The notes beneath the pieces were generated by a model, which saw only the letters and a list, made by a program, of their open reading frames with translations, did not search any database and was not told the origin of the DNA. A stretch of DNA of 63,987 nt, the filler included, from Sandaracinaceae bacterium (GTDB lineage: Bacteria; Myxococcota_A; Polyangia; Polyangiales; JADJQN01): the NCBI GenBank assembly GCA_947483975.1. It is 8 parts of 8 records of this genome, joined end to end, with 100 filler letters (N's around TTAATTAATTAA, not from the genome) between each part and the next. Parts side by side here need not be neighbours in the genome. Positions count along the whole stretch, not along the records: positions 25,583 to 33,936 come from CANKOL010000238.1; positions 34,037 to 42,383 come from CANKOL010000239.1; 6 more parts are not named here. One strand, written 5' to 3'. Of this stretch, positions 30,250 through 39,388 are shown piece after piece; the stretch's first letter is position 1; every line of letters begins with the position of its first letter. A program made the translations under genes and the position numbers.

Positions 30250-30363
30250 TCCCTAACGCACGCAGCGCGCGCGGTGGCCGTCCGTCACGACGCTGCCGTT
30301 CGCGTAGCCGTAGTTGAAGGCGACGTACCACCCGAGGGACGGCGAACCGGCAACAGCAGAGGA
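30250..30363 (-). repeat. DGR variable repeat VR1
   Basis: Colinear with TR; 15 mismatches, all at TR adenines, plus one in-frame 3-nt insertion near the 5' boundary. Confidence 0.97.
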
Positions 30364-31590
30364 CGCGCTCCAGAACACCTCTCCCGGCGTCCCCGGAAAC
30401 GCCGTCACGCTGATCGTCGGCCCCGGATACGCCACGGCGTAGTCCACCAGCGTCACCAGTTCGATGCGCGACGGCAGCCGCCAGTCGGTGTAGCCCGCGA
30501 GCGTCAGCCCATCGCAGTACGCCACAGCGCCCGCCTGCGTGTAGGTGCCGGCATCGACAGCGCGCTGCCACTCCAGCCCGGTGACGCAGTCGATCACCGT
30601 CTCTGCGCCCGGTGCGCCGGTGACTTGATAGCTGAACGCGTGCCCGGACGTGCCGGGCATCGGGTACTGCGCCCAGCGCGTGTCGCCGCTGACGCGCGGG
30701 GCGCAGCGCGGTGGAACGCAGCCGACGAGGCCGTCATCGACGGTGCCATCGCAGTCATCATCGAGGCCGTTGCAGAGCTCGGTCGAAGGTGAGCCAGCGA
30801 CGACGCTGCAGGTGAGTGCACTCGCCGTGCAGACCTGCGTGCCGGTGCGCGCGCATGCGCCGACGCCGCTCGTACACGAGGCACCGCTATATACGCCACA
30901 GGCGCCGCAATTCAGCGGGTCGCTGGTGAGATCCGCACATTGCCCAGCACAACGAGTCGTGCCGGAGACGCACTCGCAGGTGCCTGAGACACAGGCCTCC
31001 CGCGTGCCGCATGCGGCGGTGGCGCCCTCATCGACGGTGCCGTCGCAGTCGTCGTCACGACCATTGCAAGCCTCAGCCGCGCCCAAGTAGACGCTCGCGT
31101 TGCTGTCGTCGCAGTCCGTTCCGCCGCAGACGCGCGGGGGATCGCCGTCGCCGTCGCCGTCGAGCGGTTGGTAGACGCAGACGCGGGCCGCAGGGTCGCA
31201 CCGCTCGTTCGTGGTGCAGGCGTTCGTGTCGGCGCAGTCGGGGTCACCCGCGCACGCGGCCCCCGCCACACAGTCATTGATCGGATCACAGCTCTGGCCC
31301 GTCCCGCAGAGCGCGGGCGTCGGGATGTGCCGACACACGCCGGTCGCGACCTCACACGTGTCCGTCGTGCAGTGGACGGCGTCGGCGCACCCTGCGCTGC
31401 TCGTGCAGCCAGGGGGGCCGAGGTCAAACGGCGTCGGACCGAGATCGACGGGCGGCGTGCGATCGGGGCCGCCACAGGCTGCGGTGGCGGCGGCGAGCAC
31501 GCAGATCAGCCGCCAGTACGCGAGCCGTAGCGAGCTGGACGTCATCGCTTCCCCCCATCGGATCCCCGCTACAACACAACCTCTCTTCAT
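30253..31590 (-). CDS. DGR target protein 1: Cys-rich lipoprotein with C-terminal DUF1566/Lcl-type domain
   Basis: Lipobox ATAAC; Cys-rich repeats incl. two CNG.DDDCDG (MopE-like) and DPLNCGACG; TVIDCVTGLEWQ, DWRLPSRIEL, RARCVR; start may be 31545. Confidence 0.93.
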   Translation of the reverse strand: MKRGCVVAGIRWGEAMTSSSLRLAYWRLICVLAAATAACGGPDRTPPVDLGPTPFDLGPPGCTSSAGCADAVHCTTDTCEVATGVCRHIPTPALCGTGQSCDPINDCVAGAACAGDPDCADTNACTTNERCDPAARVCVYQPLDGDGDGDPPRVCGGTDCDDSNASVYLGAAEACNGRDDDCDGTVDEGATAACGTREACVSGTCECVSGTTRCAGQCADLTSDPLNCGACGVYSGASCTSGVGACARTGTQVCTASALTCSVVAGSPSTELCNGLDDDCDGTVDDGLVGCVPPRCAPRVSGDTRWAQYPMPGTSGHAFSYQVTGAPGAETVIDCVTGLEWQRAVDAGTYTQAGAVAYCDGLTLAGYTDWRLPSRIELVTLVDYAVAYPGPTISVTAFPGTPGEVFWSASSAVAGSPSLGWYVAFNYGYANGSVVTDGHRARCVR

Positions 31591-31870
31591 GACTCTCCAT
31601 TTCTTGATCGGAGCTGCTCCGCGAGTTTGTTTTTGTGGTTCGCGTGCCTCTCGACAGCCAGAACACTACCATCCTGCGCGATGGTGCTCAATATGTATCG
31701 GATCCGCGCAGCTGCTCCGCGTCTCCGATCCGCGGGGCGCGGCTCCCAGGAGTCGGAGCGGCTCGTCAGGCTTGCGGCCGTAACCGTTCACGCCCCCCCA
31801 AAGCGTGATCATTCCGCGGGCCTCGAAGTTCACGATCGACAGTCGATCTCGAACGTGATCTACGTTCGTT

Positions 31871-33314
31871 GTGCAGCCCGCCTCCGAGATCGACGAGCTA
31901 CGCGCGATGCTCGCGGACCGCGATGCCACGAGCGCGCTGCAGGCGAAGACCATCGCGTCGCTGACGGCCAAGGTGGAGGCGCTCGAGACGCTGGTGAAGA
32001 GGCTGGCGGAGCAGCTGACGCGGACCTCCACCAACTCGAATCTTCCGCCGTCGAGACGGTCCGGGGGCCTCCTCGACGAACGCCAGCAAGAAGGCGGACA
32101 AGAAGGGTCGCAAGCGCGGCGCGCAGAAGGGGCACGCGGGCTCGCGTCGAGTGATGGTTCCGCCCGAACAGGTCGACGAGTGTGTGGATATGTTCCCGGC
32201 GCGTTGCGACGGCTGTCACGGTTCGCTGCCGAAGACCCCGGACTCGGACCCGAGGCGACAGCAGCACATCGAGCTCTCGCCCTTCGCCCCGCACGTCACG
32301 GAGTTCCGTCGTCACGAGGTGTGCTGCCCGAGCTGCGGTCACTGGACGCGCGCGCACTACGATGACGATGTCATCCCGCGGCACCTTTTTGGTCCGCGCG
32401 TCGCGGCTGTCACGGTGCTGCTGACAGGCGTGTACCACCTGAGCCGGCGCAGTGCCGCGAGCCTCTTGTACGAGATGCTCGGCCTACGCATCTCGACCGG
32501 GAGCATCAGCAACATCGAGCACCGGATGAGCCGTGCGGTGGAGCCGTCTGTGGATGAGGCGTGGAGCGAGGCCCAGGCTGCACCTGTCAAACACACCGAC
32601 GGCACGACGTGGCTTCATGTCGGAGTGATTCTCGCGCTATGGACCATCGCGACGGCAGGCGCGACGGTGTTCAAGATCCTCTCGAACGGTCAGGGCGACA
32701 CCCTCGAGCGTGAGCTGCTGACCTCGACGAAGGGCGTGCTTGTGAGCGACCGCGCATCGGTGCTGAAGTTCTGGGCGATGCACCGGCGTCAGATCTGCTG
32801 GGCCCATTTGCTCCGCAAATTCGTGTCCTTCACCGAGCGTGACGGGCCCACGCGGATTTTGGGGCGCGAGCTGCTCGACTGCACCCGAGTGATCTTCGCC
32901 TATTGGTACGACTTCAAAGAAGGTCGCGTCACGCGCGAGCAACTCGCCGCGCGCATCGCGCCCGTGCGCGTAGATTTCGAGCGCACGCTGCGCCGCGCGG
33001 TCGACGCCAACATCAAGGGCCTGAGCGGGTCGTGCTCGAATCTGTGGGAGCACCGCGAGGCGCTGTGGACCTTTGTGCAAGTCGATGACGTGGAGCCCAC
33101 GAACAACCACGCTGAGCGCGAACTGCGCGCCTTCGTGCTCTGGCGCAAGCGCTCCTTCGGAGCCCAGAGTGACCGTGGCCACCGCTTCGCCGAGCGCCTG
33201 ATGACCATCGCGCACACCGCGCGCAAGCAGGGGCGCGACGTGCTCGCCTTCCTGGTGGCCTGCGCCAGCCGCGCAGAGGACGACGCCGCGCCCTCGCTCT
33301 TCGCGACGGCGTGA
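31871..33314 (+). pseudogene. IS66 transposase TnpC, frameshifted near 32054
   Basis: Coiled coil + STNSNLPPS in one frame; DGPG...GAQKGH, Zn finger, KHTDGT, LVSDR, QICWAHLLRKF, EPTNNHAERELR in another. Confidence 0.85.
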
Positions 33315-33320
33315 CGGCCA

Positions 33321-33725
33321 CTACGCGGCAGCCCGAGCCATTGGGTAATAGCGCATCTGGCTACGCTCCCCGACGCTCCTGATCTGGCCCGTCTTCTTCA
33401 GCCGCGCAGCGGGCCGCTCGAGTCTCTTGGCGCTCAGTCCGAGGCCTGGCGCAAGGACCGCCATAGTCTCGCCCGGCGCGGACTCCACCGCCGAGAACAA
33501 GCGCGCGGCCAGCGCATCGAGCTCTTCCGTCGGCGGCCGCTGAGACGACGCGCGCCGCGCGGGCGCTGCCTTCGACTTCGCATCCTTACGCAGCGGCGAG
33601 CTGGGCCGTGCCTTCGAGAGCGTCCGGCCGAGCGCCTCTCGCAGCTGCGCCTCGTAGGCGGCAAGTTGCTGCTGAATCAGGGCCTCCACCGAGGCCTCCA
33701 GTGCGGTGATGTCGATCGCGGTCAT
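33321..33725 (-). CDS. IS-borne small DNA-binding protein (winged-helix-like)
   Basis: Inside the TIRs, convergent with the transposase; N-terminal helix, basic linker, PGETMAVLA..LGLS..RLERP..RL...GQIRSVGERSQMRYYP. Confidence 0.7.
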   Translation of the reverse strand: MTAIDITALEASVEALIQQQLAAYEAQLREALGRTLSKARPSSPLRKDAKSKAAPARRASSQRPPTEELDALAARLFSAVESAPGETMAVLAPGLGLSAKRLERPAARLKKTGQIRSVGERSQMRYYPMARAAA

Positions 33726-34036
33726 GCGAGTTGAATCGCATCGCCGGCGCCGCCCTGCAAAGGGGGGCGTGAACGGTTACCTCTCCCCAGGGCAATCGCA
33801 TCAAAAACGTCGTGACTCCTGCGCACGAGACTTGAACATGGCCAGTCGTCACGGGGTGGCTGTCAGCACGCGAAGAAGGAAGTCGTCATCCCAGCCGGCG
33901 ATCATGCGTCTTGTCTTCACGCCAACCTTGCTGCCTNNNNNNNNNNNNNNNNNNNNNNNNNNNNNNNNNNNNNNNNNNNNTTAATTAATTAANNNNNNNN
34001 NNNNNNNNNNNNNNNNNNNNNNNNNNNNNNNNNNNN

Positions 34037-34548
34037 CGCTCAGGGTCGAGCGCGTGGTACTCGTCGGCCTCATTCTGCTCGCGCGCGCAGCGGTCGGCGA
34101 GGGCAGGCTCGGCCGCCGGGCCCGACAGAAAACCGCACGCCTCGCTCGGATACTCCGCGAGCGCGTGCGCCTCGGCGTCGGCGAGCGCGTCGGCGGTGAG
34201 CACGAGGGCGCCCGCGATCCAGGGGCGCGCGTCGTCGAGTCGCAGCCCGCGCGGCCAGGTGCCCGCAACGCCGAGACCCGTCGCTGCCTTGATCGTCTCG
34301 ACCGCCGCGAACGCGCCGAGCAGCGCGCGCGCGGCGTCCGTGAGGCGCGGATCGGTCACGAGGTCTGCAGGCAACGCGCCTGGGTCGGAGGTCGCGGCGC
34401 CGTCCTCGTCGAAGGTCACTCCAGCGCGCTCGAGGTAGTCGCGCGTGGTGGCGTCGTCGGGTGTGCGCAGGCGGGCGCCGACGAGCGTCTGCTGCGCGGG
34501 CACCCCGAGCACCTGCACCTGTCGCACATGGAGGCGCGGATCGCTCAC
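34037..34548 (-). CDS. JAB/Mov34 (Mec-like) metalloprotease with degenerate ThiF-like N-terminal domain (3' truncated)
   Basis: AEAHALAEYPSEACGFLSG is a JAB N-terminal motif; the N-terminal part has VRQ...G...QQTL, YLERAGV, GAFAAVETIK. Confidence 0.75.
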
Positions 34549-34823
34549 GCCGCGCCACCCGCGATCGCGGGCACGATGGACAGCAACTGCCCATCGGCGA
34601 CCTTCGTGTCGAGGTTGTCGAGGAAGCGGATGTCCTCCTCGCCCGCGTAGAGGTTCACGAAGCGCCGGACGCCCTTCGCGTCGCAGAGGCGCTCCAAGAG
34701 GCCGGGGTAGGTGTGGTCGAGCGCGTCGAGGATCTCGCGGACGGTGCCCGAGGCGGCCTCTACCTCGTCCTTGCCGAGCGTGAGCGCGCGAAGCGGCGTG
34801 GGGATGCGAACGGTGACGGGCAT
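34545..34823 (-). CDS. MoaD/ThiS/CysO-family ubiquitin-like sulfur carrier
   Basis: MPVTVRIPTPLR...RRFVNLY..EEDIRFL..LDT......LSIVPAIAGG-AA. Confidence 0.93.
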   Translation of the reverse strand: MPVTVRIPTPLRALTLGKDEVEAASGTVREILDALDHTYPGLLERLCDAKGVRRFVNLYAGEEDIRFLDNLDTKVADGQLLSIVPAIAGGAA

Positions 34824-34887
34824 CGAGTTCTCCGGTTCGGTCGGCGCAGAGCGTACAGAGCGTGCGGTGGAGTCAGTCGGAGAGGCC

Positions 34888-35653
34888 TCAGCCACAGTCC
34901 GGTGCCGCATAGGACTCGGCCGCGAGGCTGGTGATCGCGCCCGTGCAGAGCGCGCAATCGGAGCGACGCCTGACGGTGCTGCGGCGCACCTCGCCGCGAA
35001 GCCCGTCGTAGCGCCAGAGCACGCCCGCAGCGCCCACATCGCCTGCGGCGAGGCGCAGCGCGAGCACCGCCTCGAGCGCGCCGAGCACGCCGACGATGGG
35101 CCCGATGACGCCCGCTTCGGCGCAGGTCTCCGGCGGCACAGGCTTGCCAGCGCTCGCGGCGAGGCGCGCGGGCACGTCCTCGAAGAGGCAGCGCAGGCAC
35201 GCGCTCACCCCGGGCACGGTCGCGAGCGCCCAGCCGGCCCAGCGCACGCAGCCAGCTTGTACGAGGGGACGCTGGGCGAGGCCGCACGCGTCCGCGACGA
35301 GGAACTTCGTGGCGAAGTTGTCGGCGCCCTCGACGACGACATCGACGTCGGCGAGCAGCGCCTGCGCGTTGTCGGGCAAGAAACGCCCCTCGACGCCGCG
35401 GATCTCGGCTGCCGAGCCGGCTGCCTCGGCTTCCCCGCGCAGCCGGGCGACGGCACGCTCGACCTTCCGCGCGCCGAGGTCGTCGGCGGTGTAGAGCGTC
35501 TGCCGGTGCAGGTTGGAGCGGTCGACGACGTCGTCGTCGATGAGCACGATCGAGGCGACGCCCGGGGCTCGCGCGAGGGCGAGCAACACCGGCGAGCCGA
35601 GCCCGCCCGCGCCGACGACCAAGAAACGCGCGCCGCGCGTCTCAGACGAGCGC

Positions 35654-35670
<17 letters not shown>
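34888..35670 (-). CDS. ThiF/MoeB (E1-like) adenylyltransferase
   Basis: VVGAGGLG, DDDVVDRSNLHRQ, GADNF, CLRC, TCAEAGV, DCALC. Confidence 0.93.
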
Positions 35671-36115
<445 letters not shown>

Positions 36116-36193
36116 CAGTCTCCATCGCGCGCCCACGCGGCGGCGCGCGACGGAGAATGTGGGCTCATCCCGTCGGCTGCGTCAACGGCGACC

Positions 36194-36886
36194 TCAGAGG
36201 TTGATCGCGCCCTCGAGCATCAGCGTGCCGAAGATTCCGTGCATCGTCGTGCTGACGTCGCGCGCGACGCCCGGCTCGCTGCCGTCGCTGGAGTACGAGG
36301 TGAGGCCCCAGCCCCACTCGGTCCCGAGGGAGAGCCCCTCGACGAGCTGCGCGCGGATGCCGACCGCCAGGTTGAGCCCGATCGCGCTCGCCGAGTTCGT
36401 CTCGGTGATGTTCGTCGTCGCGCCGCGGTGCGTCTCGAACGTCGCCGCGCCGATCGGCGCGAAGCTGAACCAGCCGCCGGCGTAGAGCGACGCGGGACCG
36501 CTGCGCAGGACGTCGAAGAACGCCATCGGAGAGAGCGCGAAGTAGCTCTGCCCGATCAGGTCGTAGTCGTCGCAGGTGTCCTGGCACTGCTTGTAGCTGT
36601 ACGAGCCGAAGCCGAAGCCGAGGCCGAGGAAGAGCCGCCCATCGATGAGGCGCACGCCCGGCGTCACGTAGGGAGTGATCGTCTGGATCGCGCTGAGCAG
36701 GTTGGTGGTGCGCGGGTCGGCGTCGTTGCGGGGAGCGAGGTAGCCCATCGCGTCGAGGCGCCCCTGAAACGCGAGCTGCACTGAGCTGCGATGCGAGGCC
36801 GCGGGCGCGGTGTCCTGCGCGGAGGCGGAGGCGGTGACGACCAGCAGCGAGAGCAGGACCCCAGTGAGCATGGAAATGTGACGCAT
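36194..36886 (-). CDS. outer-membrane beta-barrel protein
   Basis: Signal peptide (ASA-Q), alternating hydrophobic strands, C-terminal strand. Confidence 0.65.
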   Translation of the reverse strand: MRHISMLTGVLLSLLVVTASASAQDTAPAASHRSSVQLAFQGRLDAMGYLAPRNDADPRTTNLLSAIQTITPYVTPGVRLIDGRLFLGLGFGFGSYSYKQCQDTCDDYDLIGQSYFALSPMAFFDVLRSGPASLYAGGWFSFAPIGAATFETHRGATTNITETNSASAIGLNLAVGIRAQLVEGLSLGTEWGWGLTSYSSDGSEPGVARDVSTTMHGIFGTLMLEGAINL

Positions 36887-36975
36887 GTGACTTCCCTCCA
36901 AGGAGCCGACCATATCAGGCCGTGCTTCTCAGGCGAGGACTCGTGCGCTAATCTCCCCGTCCGGAGGGGCGCCGC

Positions 36976-38778
36976 GTGAAAGTCTGCGAGTCGTGTCGGG
37001 CGCGCTTCAAGGGCGACGCGAAGGTCTGTCCCCTCGATGGCCGGGCGCTGCTCGAGCTGCCGGACCCGCTGATCGGGCGGAGCATCTCGGGGCGCTACTC
37101 GGTCCTCGAGAAGATCGGCGAGGGCGGCATGGGCATCGTGTACCGCGGGCGACACGACGTGGTCGGACGGGACGTCGCGATCAAGTTCCTCGCCGCGGAG
37201 CTCGCGTTCGATCAGGTGAACCGCACTCGCTTTCTGCGCGAGGCGAAGGCGGCGAACCGCATCCAGCACGAGCACATCATCGAGATCACGGACTTCGGCG
37301 AGACCGAGGACGGCTTGGTCTACCTCGTGATGGAGTTCCTCGACGGGCGCCCCCTCTCGCACGCGATCGAGCAAGGGCCGATGCCGCTGCCGCGCGCGAT
37401 CCCGATCGCCATGCAGATCGCGGGCGCGCTCGCTCGAGCCCACGAGCTCGACGTCATCCACCGCGACGTGAAGCCGGACAACATCTACCTGCTCTCGCGC
37501 GACGACGGCTCGGACTTCGTGAAGGTGCTCGACTTCGGGCTCGCGCACATGAAGGGGGAGCTGCGGCTCACGGCGTCCGGCACGGTGTTCGGCACGCCGG
37601 AGTACATGGCGCCCGAGCAGGCGCGAGGTGCGCCGCTGACCTCCGCGGTGGACCTCTACGCGTTCGGCTGCGTGCTGTTCGAGATGGTCACCGGGCAGCT
37701 CCCGTTCAAGGGGACGACGCCGGACCTGATCATGAAGCACATCCGCGCGGTGCCTCCTCGCCCGTCGTCGCTGCTGCCGTCGCTGCCGCCGCTCGTCGAC
37801 GAGATCGTGCTGCGGTTGCTCTCGAAGGACCCGAAGGCGCGGCACGCGGACGCGTACCATCTGCTCGAGGACCTCAAGCGCCTCCGCGACCAGGTGCCCG
37901 GTGCGGCTGCGCCGCCGGTGCTCGTCGTCAAGCGCTCACACGCGTCGATCCTGCCGCCCTCGTCGCGGACGGTCGCGGCTCCGAGCAGCCCGGACCAGCG
38001 CGCCGTCGGCCCGACGCAGCGCCCGGCTCCGGCGGAGACCGGCTGGTGGAGCGAGCGCGTCGAGCTCTTTCGTAGCCTCGCGCGCCGCGCCTATCCGCGG
38101 GGGGATGCGCCCGCTTGGCTGACCGGCGCGATCGATGACCTGGCCGAGGACATCACGGCGATGCGGGAGGCGCGCGCCGAGCTCGACCGCGCCGCACAGA
38201 CGGGCGCGGAGACTGAGCAGCGCTCGCGAGACACGCGGCTGCGCATCGGGGGGGCGCTCGACGAGCTGGTCCGTGACGAGTCGAGGGTCGCGCGGCGCCT
38301 CGGCGAGCTCGAGCTCCGCGTGGGAGAGTCGCGCGCCAGGCTCGCGGAGGTGGCGCGTCCGCTGACGGTCGCCTGGTGCGCGGTGCCGCCGGTCCCGGTG
38401 ACCGGCCCGACCGTCACGCGCGAGCTCGCCGAGAGCCTGCGCGACACAGGTGGGATCGCCGCCGCGTGGCTCGAGCTCGAGCGGGCCGCGCGCGCGGTCG
38501 AGCGCGATCTCAACGATCGCACCCGCGAGCTCGAAGACCTCACCTTCCAGGTCGGGCAGCTGAAGGGGCGGCTCGGTTCGGTCAACGCCGAGACCGAGCT
38601 GGAGGTCGGCGCGCTGCGCGACAAGGGCTCGAGGCTCGACGCCTCGATCGCCCAGCGTCTCGAGGCCGTGGTGACGAAGACGGGGCCGGTCGTGCAGCAC
38701 TTCATGCAGTGGCCCGAGCTGCGGGCGCTGGTCCTCGGCGACCCGTCGACGCACGCGCGGAGCAGCATCACCCACTGA
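36976..38778 (+). CDS. Ser/Thr protein kinase with N-terminal Zn ribbon and C-terminal coiled coil
   Basis: CESC..CPLDG, IGEGGMG, VAIK, HRDVKPDN, DFG, GTPEYMAPE. Confidence 0.95.
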   Translation: MKVCESCRARFKGDAKVCPLDGRALLELPDPLIGRSISGRYSVLEKIGEGGMGIVYRGRHDVVGRDVAIKFLAAELAFDQVNRTRFLREAKAANRIQHEHIIEITDFGETEDGLVYLVMEFLDGRPLSHAIEQGPMPLPRAIPIAMQIAGALARAHELDVIHRDVKPDNIYLLSRDDGSDFVKVLDFGLAHMKGELRLTASGTVFGTPEYMAPEQARGAPLTSAVDLYAFGCVLFEMVTGQLPFKGTTPDLIMKHIRAVPPRPSSLLPSLPPLVDEIVLRLLSKDPKARHADAYHLLEDLKRLRDQVPGAAAPPVLVVKRSHASILPPSSRTVAAPSSPDQRAVGPTQRPAPAETGWWSERVELFRSLARRAYPRGDAPAWLTGAIDDLAEDITAMREARAELDRAAQTGAETEQRSRDTRLRIGGALDELVRDESRVARRLGELELRVGESRARLAEVARPLTVAWCAVPPVPVTGPTVTRELAESLRDTGGIAAAWLELERAARAVERDLNDRTRELEDLTFQVGQLKGRLGSVNAETELEVGALRDKGSRLDASIAQRLEAVVTKTGPVVQHFMQWPELRALVLGDPSTHARSSITH

Positions 38779-38836
38779 GGCGCACGTCGCCCGCGTTGAT
38801 TGGCCGGGAAGACTCTGGTAATCCGACCGAGTCCTG

Positions 38837-39388
38837 ATGCACCCCCGCTCCCTCGCGCCGCTCGTGCTGATCGTTCTCACCTCCGCCGCCGGTACGCTCG
38901 CGTGCGAAGCCTCGCCGGCGAGCGGCAAGAGCGCGACGCGCGAGGCGCCTCGGGCGGCCGAACTCCGCTCGGCGCGAGTGCGCGAGGCGGTCGATGCGGC
39001 CGCGCGTGTGCTGCGGACGCGCGGGTATTCGCCGACGGGCGAGGAGCAGCGCGCCTTCGTCGTCGAGCGCGCGTCGCTGGTGCACGAGCTGCCCCTGCGC
39101 AGCGGCAGCTGCTACGTGGCGATGGGCGCAGCCTCTGCCGCGCTCACGGCCCTCGACCTCGTGCTGCACGACAGCGACGGGGCGCCGGTCGCGCACGACG
39201 ACGGCCCGCCCGACGCGAGCGCCGCGCTCCGCTTCTGCCCTCCGCACTCGGGCACCTACTACCTCGTGGCGCGCTCGAGCGCGGGCAACGGCATCGTGGC
39301 GGTGCGGGTGTTCGAGGGGCCGCGCGGGCTCGATGTGCGCATCGACGACCTCTTCGGGCCCGCCGAGCTTCCTGGCGCTGCGCCGTGA
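38837..39388 (+). CDS. lipoprotein with one PPC-like beta-sandwich domain
   Basis: Lipobox TLAC; CY...LDLVLHDSDG..VA.D......FCP..SGTY. Confidence 0.7.
   Translation: MHPRSLAPLVLIVLTSAAGTLACEASPASGKSATREAPRAAELRSARVREAVDAAARVLRTRGYSPTGEEQRAFVVERASLVHELPLRSGSCYVAMGAASAALTALDLVLHDSDGAPVAHDDGPPDASAALRFCPPHSGTYYLVARSSAGNGIVAVRVFEGPRGLDVRIDDLFGPAELPGAAP

Larger units (their letters stand above)
31780..33780 (+). mobile_element. IS66-family insertion sequence (single-transposase, ISBst12-like organisation)
   Basis: Perfect 19-bp terminal inverted repeats GTAACCGTTCACGCCCCCC (31780-31798 / 33762-33780); 2001 bp; no target-site duplication seen. Confidence 0.93.

Noticed and set aside
27269..30363. 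Three-copy repeat as a CRISPR array or simple duplication
   Set aside because: Copies are about 110 nt, dispersed and differ at adenines; no spacers or cas genes
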